Assembly (NCBI GenBank): GCA_964016885.1
Contig: OZ024740.1
Location: 219,046,001-219,110,000 of the forward strand
Reading direction: 5' to 3'
DNA: 64,000 nt
Source of the DNA: Eledone cirrhosa
Lineage: Eukaryota
Every line of letters starts with the position of its first letter. The first letter of the stretch is position 1. Position numbers and translations under genes: made by a program. Shown one piece after another: positions 1-11,420 of the stretch. Under the pieces are notes generated by a model. That model was not told the DNA's origin and did no database searches. It saw nothing but the letters and a program-made list of their open reading frames with translations.

Positions 1-685
1 AATTAAGAATTTGGAGAGATTTTAGTAATATAACTTTCTCATTATTAATCCTTTTGATAGAAAACTACTAGAAACCACTCTGAATTTCTGATATAAAACA
101 GCTATTTTAAAGTGTTTATTCTTATAATAAAATCTTACATTATAATTCTATTTTAGATATTTTTGTTAATTAACTCTCTAAATATCCGCTTACTAATGAA
201 AAACTCAATTATTTCATTAGATTTTTCCAAAATTAATTGAAACATATAGGCAGTGTATTTCTTCAGAAATACTTTAAAGAAAAGGTTAAGCTGGTGCTTG
301 GAACATAACATAACCAATGTTCTTACATACAATTATGATAGAAGGATTTTAGATAAATATAAACTTTCTAAAATAAAATTGATTTATATGATTTGTATCA
401 TAGAACCAGAGGAGGTTTCAGACAGTTTGGTATCAAATGGGTTAATGGTATTCTAACTATGGCCATCTCATCTCTTTTCTGTATACAAGAAACCCAATAT
501 TACATTATCCAATGTCTTTTCAAAGATAGTTGAGGCATAGTTTGAAACAGATTTGGCTCTCATTTGTAACAGGTCAAGCAGCTACAGATTGTTGGCTCAG
601 TACCTAGGTTTTAAGAAACATCTAAAGAAATATACCATAAGAACTGCTATCATCATCACCATCATCATTTGAATGTCCGCTTTCA

Positions 686-951
686 TTAACCACTTTGATA
701 ACAAACAATCTGAAATTGCCTGTGGTTTACAACACAAATTTGCCCATTTGAAATTGTCCAAACTTATCTAAAAACCTTCCATCATAATTCTATGTAAAAA
801 CCTTAATTGAATTATCTTCTGAATACCAACTTAACGAGAAAGTTAGTTATATTACTAAATTCCTCTAAATCTAAATCTTCAATTATTTAAAAAATGAATT
901 TAAATGCATAGACAGTATCTTTCATTAGAAATCTGGTAACAAATGGGTTAA
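686..951. mobile_element. Non-autonomous TTAA-flanked (piggyBac-like) MITE, family 2
   Basis: Ends ttaaccactttgataacaa ... gtaacaaatgggttaa (imperfect TIR, TTAA both sides); related sequence at 28428-28677 and from 63484. Confidence 0.5.
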
Positions 952-2157
952 AGAGTCAATTAAACATTCTTTTTCCTTTTCCTCCTCCATCCCCTCACTT
1001 TCCCCCTCTTCATCATCATCATCATCATCATCCATTTTTCATACTGGCATGAATTGATCATTGCTGTCTGATTCAGCTTCTAATCAGAGTTACTGCCTCC
1101 CAGATAAGTTGCAGGTCTATGTCTCACTTGATTGCTTCTTTTGACATGGTTTCTATGTCTAGATACCCTTTCTAATACCAACTTTAGAGAGTATACTGGG
1201 TGTATTTAGAGAGTCTGTCACATCTTCCCCATCCTACCCTACTCCATTACAGAGTCTACTGGTTGCATTTTAACATGGCACCAACATTTTGAGTAGAGCA
1301 CATTATGGCTCACAACAGTAATACTAGCAGAATCAAGAAATAACCACATGGTCTGGAGTTTAGTCCTACTGTTTGGGCAGATATTTTCTAATATAGCCTC
1401 TGGTTGACCAATGCTTTGGAAATAAAATTTTGTAGAAAAAAGCTGTGTGGAAACTCATCATGTGTGTGTGTGTGTGTGTGTGTTAATGGTTATTGTTTGT
1501 TTATGTCCTGCAACTTGGCAGTTCAACAAATAGAGATAAATACAATAATTAATAGACTTGAAAAAATATGTATTGACATGACATTATTAGGATTTACTAA
1601 ATCCCTTAAAGGCATGACCATAGTCTAATGACTGAAACCAATACATCATTTAATGTTTGTTTTCCCCACTAGCAAGGTTGACATAACATAAATAGGAATA
1701 ACAACAGCATATGCGTTGAGACAATTTTAGTGACTTTCTAGGATTTCAGCTAGAAATAGCAGTCAAATCTACCTCAAAGCAGATTCTATTGTCTTGTAAA
1801 ATAAGGTTACTGTGTTGAGGGAAAAGATGGAACAATCACAGCTGGGATGTCTTTCATCATAGCTATGTCAAAATTCTCAGGGTTGACCTGGGGCTAAACA
1901 AGAATAAATGACAAAAACATCAATAGAGATTAAAGAAATAACAATGATAAAAAAAAATGTTTTAACTGAAACATTTCTAAAGATGAATCCCAAATGAATA
2001 AACAAATTGGAATATAGTAATTGGTACAGCTACATAAGACTTCAGAAATTGGAAATAGAGATCTTGATAATTGTAGCTTTGGACTAATGTCTTTCATCTA
2101 ACCTTTAATCCAGTCTTATCATATATTATATCATGCTGATTTGACTCTGGAATTACT

Positions 2158-2386
2158 TTAACCCTTTACCATTTAAACAATCCATATCTAGCCAGAATTC
2201 TCTCACCTCTTTCTGTTCAAACCGGCCATAACCGGCTGCTTATACTGATATTAAGGTATCATTCTCAAAGTAAATAATATAAAAATCTCGTCAATTCGAT
2301 ATTATGTGAGATAATTATGTAGGGTAAAGCTTATAACATGAAAATACAATAGTGTATATAGAGTAATGTAAATACTAAAGGGTTAA
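2158..2386. mobile_element. Non-autonomous TTAA-flanked (piggyBac-like) MITE, family 1
   Basis: TIR ttaaccctttaccattta / taaatactaaagggttaa; near-identical copies at 10142-10370, 17449-17660, 41644-42084. Confidence 0.7.
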
Positions 2387-3869
2387 ATGTACCTATGTCT
2401 GTGGAATACTCTACCACATGCATATTAATTCAAGAGTTGAATGTTCAATTAGTCAAACAATGAAATATTTATTGTCAAAACTGATTGAAAATCTATCAAT
2501 CTTTATAATTAGCCCTTGCTCTTATGAATATCAACTCTCTGGAACCCCAGATGGTTGATATCTCTGCTCACATTTTACAAAAAATTAATTTTTTTCAACT
2601 GTCAAACTGCAAGCCATTCAAGAGTAACATTAGCTTTATCAATCTCACCAGTCTTCTTGGTGCCTTAAAAGGTAATGGGCACTGGCTCTTTCTTCAAACG
2701 AAACCAATAAAATAAAAAATTTAAAAAAATCAATGTAATAAAATCAATGTACTATGAAAAAATATACATCACAGCAGAGCATCAAGTCTGTGGGCAATAT
2801 GTTTAACAGATTTGATTCCACATCTTAAATAGACACACAACTCTAGCAATATCAAAATACATCAATAAATATTGAAAATATGTAAAAATATCTATCTATC
2901 TTTATATATATATTTATATATATATATTTATATATATATATATATATATACGAAAGTCAGAATTCCTTTGAAAGGAAATTGGTATAAAAATAGATGGGAA
3001 ATAAGAACATCACTGCTTTCATAGCTGTATAAACATATAGATACACACAAACGGAGAAAGGAGCAAATTCCTTCTGACATTTCCTTACAAACATGAAAAG
3101 TGCAGCACTTTTATGTTGATTGATGTGGTTTATTGAATCAATAAATACATCTCAGTGATGGAAGTTGAAAAACTCCCCAAAATATAAAAATTTGGAGAAG
3201 GAAATAATTGTTTTTAACTTAGGCTCAAGACCAGAAATTTGGTTAGGAGGGGATAGGGTTAATTTGATTAAATTAACCCTAATACTTGTTAACTATTAAT
3301 GTTCTGTACCACATGAAACTGTATTAGCAGGGCATTCTTGAAAAGTTTAAACAGAAAGCCTTTTCCCTGAAACTGCAAATTTTTTCATCAATATGTCCAC
3401 TAGCATTTGAATTAACAAACCTTTTTCTTTTTTTAGACATTTTCTGCTAAATCATTGCAGGATTGTAAGAATTAAATAGTTTCAGACATTTTTGAGTCTA
3501 CAGATTCATCAAACTAGAGCTTATCCTAGTTTTATGGGGGTGATGACTGACAGAGAGTATAAGTCAGTCCATAACAAGGCTACCCCAAGATATTTCTGGT
3601 ACTCATTTGTTTCAGCTGAGTAGAGTGGAGCGATGTGAAATGAAGTACCTTGCTCTAGATCACAATATACCACCCGGTCCAAGGATTGAATCCACAACAT
3701 TACGATTAAGAAACTAACATCATAATCACTAAGTCACACGCCTTCATCTCAGTACATGACTGGTACTTTATTTTATTCTATTCTGATTCTATTTTCTGTT
3801 TGGTAGAGTGTGTGTAAGCCGAGGTGGGTATATAAAAAGAATTACTGACAATTGTGGTTGTAACTTGCA

Positions 3870-4083
3870 TGTCATCATCATCATCATCATCATCATTATC
3901 ATCATCATTATCATCATCATTATCATCATCGCCACCATTATCAATGATGATAGTGAGGAAGATGATGATGATGATGATGATGTTGATGATGATGATGATG
4001 GCGATGGTGGTGATGATGATATTGATGGTGATGATGGTGGCGATGATGAGAATGAGAATGATGGTGATGACGATGATGGTGAA

Positions 4084-4114
<31 letters not shown>

Positions 4115-4122
4115 GTGATGAT
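3870..4122. repeat. (CAT)n/(GAT)n compound microsatellite
   Basis: Direct reading; source of the spurious poly-I/D/M/S ORFs. Confidence 0.95.
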
Positions 4123-4672
4123 TAGGTTATTATATTGGGTTGGTTTTTGTTTGTATTTTATTCCATTTAATATAATTTCTGTATACATTCTGGCTTTGAT
4201 TTGAAGTTTAACCCTTTGTTGTAATTTCTGTATCTATTTATTAAATATTAAGTGTTTTGGTGGATAAATTTGTTTGTTGTGGATGTTGCTTTATGCATAA
4301 ATATTATATATTTTTAATAACAGAATATTTTGTATTCTGTATTATGATATGCTAATTTCTGCTAGTTTGGATTGAATGAATTTATTTTGACTCTGGTTGT
4401 AAATTTATGTAATACCCACACACACATATATATAAGCATGGAAAATGGATGTTAAATGATGATGATAATGATGATGATGATATATATAATATATACATAA
4501 TAGAATTGTAATAAATAAAATAAGACAATTATACCATTTACCAAAGGTTTCATGAAGACAGACGAGCTCAACACAGACGTCTGAAATCGCTCATCTGAAT
4601 GAAATTTTATTTGAAGGGGATGTAAGATATGGATTTAAAAACAATTGAAAGCGATATATTTATATATATACA

Positions 4673-4750
4673 CATCACCCGGTCTGAGAATTGAACTCAC
4701 AACCTTTCGATTGCAAGGCCAATGCTCTAACCACTAAGCCATGTGCCTCC
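4673..4750 (-). mobile_element. tRNA-derived SINE (family 1) head fragment
   Basis: Reverse complement of ggaggcacatggcttagtggttagagcattggcc...gagttcaattctcagaccgggtgatgtg, as at 29441. Confidence 0.85.
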
Positions 4751-5759
4751 ATACATATATATATATATATATATCCGAAGCTCTAGATATCCAATGTTAT
4801 CGGATGTCTTAAAATGCGGATGAAACCATGGTGGAGGTAATTAAATATGTACACATTTCTTCTAGTTTATTTTACACCTAATTCTGTTTAGTTGACTGTA
4901 TATCTGGTCGATTCATACATGCTGTCGAAATATTCGATAAATGATCCGTCGTAACCGCCGCGAAGGGGCTGCTTTCGGTTATTTGTTGGAGATTTCTTCA
5001 TAGGAGCCTTTATTCTTATAGCTTGGTCTAATTGATTTTTTATATGGTTAATTATGCTAATTGGGAGAGGAAACGGTATATATTTTATCTGGTGATTCTA
5101 TAGACATGTTTTATGATATATATATATTTAAAAGAATAGAGGTGTAACACACGAGTTATGATATATTGGTAAAAGGAAAAGAAAATGCTGACAAATTGTT
5201 CACAGTGAAAAATAGTTTAATTAGGAATAAGTAAAAATTAGTAATAGATTTGGTTAGTATTCAGTTTTGGTTTTAAGTTTTACCGGTTGCGCATTTCTAA
5301 TGCTTTTCAAAAATAATTTTGAGATAGAGAGCCTGTGATGTTTGCTCTAATCAGATTAGTTTTGGAAATTCTACCTGTTTTATGTAAAAAAAGTGGCTCC
5401 AGATGTATGAAAAAATTCTTGTGGTCAAAACAATTTTGATTGGTCGGTAGAGGTCATGTGAATGTTAAAAATTGATTTTGCGCCAAATGTAGGTTTGTCT
5501 CGGCTGATATGTGTGTGTGTGTGTGTAGTAGTAGTAAAGAGGTTCGTTGTTGTGATAATGGTCAGCAGGGATGTGTGTGCGAACCGCAGCCTGCTGACAG
5601 TTCAAATGCCTATTAAGACAAGTGTGTGTGTGTGTGTGTGAGTGTGTGTGTGTGTGTGTAGCAGAGTAATTCGTGGTAGAGGGATCGGTCAGTAGGAATG
5701 TGTCTGTACGTGTGTGAGGGATATTTTAACATGTTAAAAGATATTTCCTTGAGCAAGAC

Positions 5760-5802
5760 ACGTTGCTGACGATAGCTAATAAGCTTGAAACTAGTACAGT
5801 GT
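5760..5802 (+). ncRNA. Minimal type I hammerhead ribozyme
   Basis: acgttg CTGACGA tagct-aata-agctt GAAA ctag TA cagtgt: stem I acgttg/cagtgt, stem II agct/agct, palindromic stem III actagt; predicted cleavage after 5796. Confidence 0.85.
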
Positions 5803-6181
5803 TCCTTTGTCAGTGTTGAACAAACGAGCCACGATGGTTGCTAGACACTACGGCTTAATATGGGATGTTTGTTTACAAACACACCGAGCATTATAATAAA
5901 TGTTCGGTGAATCCATACGTACATATATATATATGTGTGCATGTATGTATATATATATATATACTACTGGACGTCTGTATACATATATGTATGTACGTGT
6001 ACATACTTATATTTAAGTAACAGCCGTACTAAGAGTGGGAAATGAAATTTCGTTTCATTTTTTCCGTTTATCGTTTTCGGTGCACCCGGCCGATTAACCC
6101 ACTCGATATGCAAATTGGGCTACTCAGCCGTTAATATGCATAAGGTAAGTATATACGTTCAACAATCTGGCAGGAAGGTAT

Positions 6182-6224
6182 ACGTTGCTGACGATAGCTA
6201 ATAAGCTTGAAACTAGTACATCGT
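6182..6224 (+). ncRNA. Minimal type I hammerhead ribozyme
   Basis: acgttg CTGACGA tagctaataagctt GAAA ctag TA catcgt; core identical to the 5760 copy; predicted cleavage after 6218. Confidence 0.85.
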
Positions 6225-6394
6225 TCCTTTGTCAGTGTTGAACAAACGAGCAACGATGGTTGCTAGGCACTACGGCTTAATATGGGATGTTTGTTTACAA
6301 ACACACCGAACATTATAATAAATGTTCAGTGAATCCATACGTACATATATATATATGTGTGCATGTATGTATATATATATACATACTACTGTAC

Positions 6395-6688
6395 TTGGCC
6401 TTGCAATCGAAAGGTTGTGAGTTCAATTCTCAGACCGGGTGATATGTTGTTTCCTTGAGCAAAACACTTTATTGCACATTGCTCCAGTTTACTCAGCTGT
6501 AGAAATGAGATGATAGGGACTGGGGTCCCTATAATTCCACTGCAAAGTGGTCGTGGAGGTGCCATGGAAAAAAAGCACCCAGCACTCACTGTAAATGAGG
6601 TTGGTGTTAGGAAGGGCATTCAGCTGTAGAAATCAGTTCCCATCCCACCCTTGCAAGCAGGGAAACGCGGACATAAAATGATGATGAT
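6395..6688 (+). mobile_element. tRNA-derived SINE (family 1), 5'-clipped, with RTE-derived tail
   Basis: Matches 29441-29775; ends in aaatgatgatgat. Confidence 0.85.
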
Positions 6689-6847
6689 ACACATACATAT
6701 ATAAGCATCAACCCACACATATACTTACACACATACACATAAACATACGTAAATATATACACACATATATACATACACATATACATACATACACACGTAC
6801 ATATACATAGACATGCGCGTATACATACGTACACATATATATATATA

Positions 6848-6878
<31 letters not shown>

Positions 6879-6920
6879 ACACATATATATATATATATAT
6901 ATACGTACACATATATATAT

Positions 6921-6965
<45 letters not shown>

Positions 6966-6995
6966 ATACACACATATATATATATACACACACAC

Positions 6996-8311
6996 ACGGA
7001 GGAGTTTAAGACCGGATGCCCATGGGAACTCCTGTATGCTGATGACCTCGCACTCATAGCTGAATCTATGGTAGAACTAGAGAATAAATTCCAAACCTGG
7101 AAGCAGGGACTAGAGAGAAAGGGCCTCAAAGTCAACATGACAAAGACTAAGGTCCTTATAAGTAGACGAGAAAACAGAACCCAGATCCCCTCAGGGAAAT
7201 GGCCTTGCTCAGTATGTAGGAAAGGTGTAGGTAGGAACTCCATTCTTTGCCCCAAATGCAAACAATGGGTACACAAGAGATGTAGCGGGATCTCAGGAAG
7301 CTTAATTAAGAATGTAGGATTCACATGCAGCAGCTGTGCTGAAACAGCAAGCAAACAGCCACAGGAAACAAGTACCACCAATCTCTGGGAGGGCCCTGTA
7401 GAAACAGTAGACAGCTTCTGCTACCTAGGTGACCGAATTAGCAACGGAGGTGGGTGCTCAGAAAGTACAATAACTAGGGTAAGAACGGGATGGAAGAAGT
7501 TTAGGGAACTACTACCACTGCTAGCTGCAAAAGGCTTCTCCCTCAGAATGAAAGGCAGACTGTATGATGCGTGTATCCGAACAGCGATGTTGCATGGTAG
7601 TGAGACCTGGGCGCTGAAGGTGGAAGACTTACGTAGATTAGAGAGAAACGAAGCCTGCATGCTCCGATGGATGTGTAACAGTAATATACGTGAACGACAA
7701 AGCATAAATGAATTGAGAGAGAGACTGAGCATAAGAGGAATCAAATGCTGCGTGCAGGAGAGGCGGTTACGCTGGTATGGACATGTGATGCGTATGAAGG
7801 ATGACAGCTGCATAAAAAGGTGCAGAGCACTAGAAGTTGATGGAAACCGCGGAGTGGGGAGACCCAAGATGACTTGGGATGAGGTGATAAAAGCCGACCT
7901 TACCCAACTACACCTCTCAAAGTCAATGACACACGACCGTGACTTCTGGCGTCACGCAGTAATACAGGGTACCCGACCTCCCATGGGTACATGCTGAAGC
8001 ATATAAACAATATGCCCCCCCCCCCCCACCCCCCCCACCGCAAGGTGGTCGTGGAGGTGCCACGGCAAAAAAGCACCCAGCCCACACTGTAAAGTGGACG
8101 TGTAGGCGCCACGAAAAAGCACCCAGCACTCACTGTAAATGAGGTTGGTGTTAGGAAGGGCATCCAGCTGTAGAAATCAAGCCAGATCAGTTCCTGTATG
8201 AGCAAGGCATGGTCAGCCGACCAGACACTGCCCACAACAGGACAACCCGTCTAACCCATGCTAGCGTGGAAGAACGGACGTAAAACGGTGATGATGATGA
8301 TGATGATGATG
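6996..8311 (+). mobile_element. RTE-clade LINE (subfamily A), 5'-truncated: RT C-terminal half + 3' UTR + (GAT)n tail
   Basis: ORF 6813-7997 motifs [35 protein letters not shown]; the ORF N-terminus is microsatellite read-through. Confidence 0.95.
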
Positions 8312-8444
8312 ACACATGTATATAAATGCACATATACACATACATATATACATACAGACACATACAATCACATACATACGCACACATAGTTCAGTATCTA
8401 AATAAGCAGATAAGCAAACAATTTATATATATATAGAGGTAGAG

Positions 8445-8637
8445 GTAGAGGTAGACCACGAAAAACATGGGCGGAGGTGGTGAGAACAGACCTCAGATCA
8501 TTGAAGCTTACGGTGGAGATGACGAAGGACCGTGACGAGTGGAGAGATGCTGTGCTGAATAAGACCCGTCCCACCCTTGCAAGCAGGGAAAAGCGGACGT
8601 AAAATGATGATGATGATGATGATCATCATCATGATGA
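8445..8637 (+). mobile_element. RTE LINE (subfamily B) 3' end
   Basis: Matches 36965-37140 (GRPRKTW...DRDEWRDAVLNK) with (GAT)n tail. Confidence 0.9.
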
Positions 8638-8734
8638 TATATATATACACACACACATATATACAGACTCACACAAACACACACATATATACATACACTC
8701 ACATATACATACATATACATACATATACATACAC

Positions 8735-8969
8735 GTCCACTTTACAGAGTGGGCTGGGTGCTTTTTTGTTGTGGCACCTCCACGACCACTTTGCAGTGGA
8801 ATGATAGGGACCCCAGTCCCTATCATCTCATTTCTACAGCTGAGTAATCTGGAGCAATGTGAAATAAAGTGTTTTGCTCAAGGAAACAACACATCACCCG
8901 GTCTGAGAATTGAACTCACAACCTTTCGATTGCAAGGCCAATGCTCTAACTACTAAGCCATGTGCCTCC
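8735..8969 (-). mobile_element. tRNA-derived SINE (family 1)
   Basis: Reverse complement of SINE head and body at 29441/47310. Confidence 0.85.
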
Positions 8970-9350
8970 ATATATATATCTGGTCGATCGACAAGATCCC
9001 AGACCTCACTCGCTTAACGAGTGTGGTGGAGCTCGTCCAATTGGACCGAGGAAACAATGTTTCCATTGATTTTACCAATTGCTAATACTACCTGTCAGTC
9101 GCAACTCCTGGCAAAAGGAACAATGTGAAATAAAGTGTCTTACTCAAGGACATTACGCATCGCCCGGTCCAGGAATCGAAATCACAACCTCACGATTGCA
9201 AACCCAATTCTCTAACCACTCAGTCATGGACTTACCCTGTTTCCTCCCAAATGTGCTCACAAAACATTGGTCAACTTGAGATTATAGTAGAAGTCACTTG
9301 CTCAACAGTGAACTTCTTAACTATACAACCATATCAGTTTTAATATTATA

Positions 9351-9529
9351 ATTGTTTCTACGTTTGGCACAAGGCCAGCAATTACGCAGTGCATTACTGG
9401 TACTTTATTTTATCGACCCCGTAAGGATGAAAGGCAAAGTTAACCTTGGCGAGATTTGAACTCAGAATGGCAAGGGACGTAACTCTATACGTCAAAGTAT
9501 CACGTCCGACCCTCTACCGATACTATCAA
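9351..9529 (-). mobile_element. tRNA-derived SINE (family 2) with Nin/Deu-like central domain
   Basis: Minus strand has B-box-like gagttcaaatc then gcctttcatccttacggggtcgataaaataaagtacca; copies at 16431-16608, 19867-20046, 44268-44430. Confidence 0.75.
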
Positions 9530-10141
9530 TATGTTATTTTAATTTCTTTGTGAAATATCAAGTATTTTAGTTATATAAGAAAGTGTTAATGTTGACCTTT
9601 CATAACATGTATGTTATATAGCTCAGGCTATCTCATGGTGTTCTATTAAATGGTCTGACATCTACCTTTTGATAATCAACAATATCCTATCAGTCAAATG
9701 ACAGCATTATTGTGTCTGATGCACAGTTTACACATACAATGACATGCAGCATAGGGAAGCATTTCATTGTACTTTGTTACAGTCAAAATACTCAGTTATC
9801 TGAGTATCAATTATCCCTATTTCAGACTGAGTAAGACCTTAGGGTGCGTGAATATTTAATTTACCACACTAGATCCTTTTTTATGTTTAGATGTCCCCTC
9901 TTTTTAGTCACCTCTTACATCCCACAGGGATATGGTGTACCTATTCTAAACTGGATACACACATTCCTTATCATAATCAGTGCTGTTAAATGATGATTAT
10001 GATAATGATGAGATAATCATGATTGTATGAATCCAGTTTAGAATAGATTCACTGTACCCTTACATGTTGTAAGAAGTGCCTAAAGGGAAGAGCATCCAGC
10101 CATAAAAACATGCCTCATAAAGGACCCTATGATAAGCAGAA

Positions 10142-10370
10142 TTAACTCTTTAGCATTTAAACCAGCTGTATCCGGCCAGAATTTTCTCACCTCTTTCTGT
10201 TCAAACCGACTGTAACCAGCCACTCATAATTATGTTAAGGTATTTTTCTCAAAATAAATAATATCAAAATCTTGTAGATTCGATATTATGTGAGATAATT
10301 ATGTGAAATAAAGTGTTTACATTGAAAACACAATAGTAAAAATAGTGTAATGTAAATGCTAAAGGATTAA
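10142..10370. mobile_element. TTAA MITE family 1 copy
   Basis: Same body and TIRs as 2158-2386. Confidence 0.7.
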
Positions 10371-10624
10371 GCTAATGGAGTTTGCAAGGCCTATACCTGC
10401 TTTAGCAAGGAAAATGTCCTTAAAATGTAAGTTGTGTGTGTTACTTGAATTCAAAAATAATCACTGTAGCTACCATATCTTTTGTTTACAATAATTAGAA
10501 GAGAATACAAATTACTGAAGAACATATAAAACATCAAACACATGTTGTTTGACACTTCTTTTGGTTTTTGTTTGCAGTTATCAAACTAGTTGTTTGATTT
10601 CAGTCACTTTAAACAGTGTTAAAA

Positions 10625-10803
10625 TACAGTCAGCTGAAAATTTCTTAGGCTGACTATGAAGGATTGATGCTAGAGCTCTGAAATCTGCTGGCATTAATTT
10701 CAGCTCTTCTTATTAATAACTTCATTGTTTCTTTCCAAGGACTATACTGAAAAATATACCTCATTTGGTCATTCCATGAGAGTATCATGGTCAGCCCCTC
10801 ATA
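10625..10803 (+). mobile_element. Mariner internal-deletion derivative
   Basis: Left part matches the mariner terminus at 60824 (ctgaaaa..tc.taggctgactatgaagg); right end tcagcccctcata. Confidence 0.55.
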
Positions 10804-11091
10804 GTTTTAACGCATAAAATGACTGCCATGTTGAAACTATAGAAAAACACAACAAAATCAGGCGTGTCTTTATTCTCTCTCTGACATAATTCCGAGTACA
10901 TGTCTGTTAAAAATAACTGAGTCTCTTGTTGTTACCATGTCTGTAAAGAAAAAGCAAATACAATTGAATACAATTGTACAATTGGATAGAGAAGTGAGGT
11001 TTTACAGTATCTAGACAGTAAAATGCATAAAAATTGTATAAAATGTACAGAAGTTCTGTATACATGTTTGTTTATATAATCATGTAAAACT

Positions 11092-11420
11092 GCATGGCTT
11101 AGTGGTTAGAGCATTGGGCTTACAATCGTGAGATTGTGAATTCGATTCCTGGACTGGGTGGTGCATTGTGTCCTTCAGAAAGACACTTTATTTCCCATGG
11201 CTCCAGTACACTCAACTGGAAAAAATGAGTTGTGATGTCACTGTGTCAACCTGTATTGGTCTTGGCCTTTCCTTTAGACAACATCAGTAACTTGAAGAAG
11301 GGAAACTGGTTTGCATGGGCGACTGCTAGTTTCCCACAAAAACACTTGACTTCAGAGAGGAACTTTCTAGGTGCCAAAACCTACGGTCATTTATGACCGA
11401 ATACAATTTTTACTCTTTTT
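11092..11420 (+). mobile_element. Older tRNA-derived SINE related to family 1
   Basis: A box tggcttagtgg, B box gaattcgattcc; related minus-strand copy at 34430-34697. Confidence 0.75.

Larger units (their letters stand above)
5760..6394 (+). mobile_element. Tandem 422-bp repeat (1.5 units) with hammerhead ribozymes; retrozyme-like or Penelope pLTR-derived
   Basis: Start of unit 5760 repeats at 6182-6394; each unit starts with an HHR; second locus at 50475-51005. Confidence 0.8.

Noticed and set aside
3778-4204. Three overlapping ORFs of 105-136 aa with poly-I, poly-D and poly-M/S
   Set aside because: Translation of (CAT)n/(GAT)n microsatellite; no coding signal
4535-4840. Two HHR-like remnants (minus cagatgag...gaaacctt at ~4540-4600; plus gaaaccatggtg at ~4822)
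   Set aside because: Core mutated or missing (no CTGANGA); too decayed to support
6607-6993. YI/CV/HT-rich ORFs here and at 13844, 16563, 20625, 22380, 39793, 43852, 50868, 52892
   Set aside because: Stop-free translations of (TA)n, (CA)n and (TACA)n repeats
7039-7046. CTGATGA inside RT genes (also 26572, 36148) and in the (GAT)n tail (52952)
   Set aside because: Encodes YADD or is tail sequence; no GAAA/UH or stems
6725-7867. Antisense ORFs recurring opposite every RTE copy
   Set aside because: Shadow frames of the RT coding strand; recurrence reflects copy similarity
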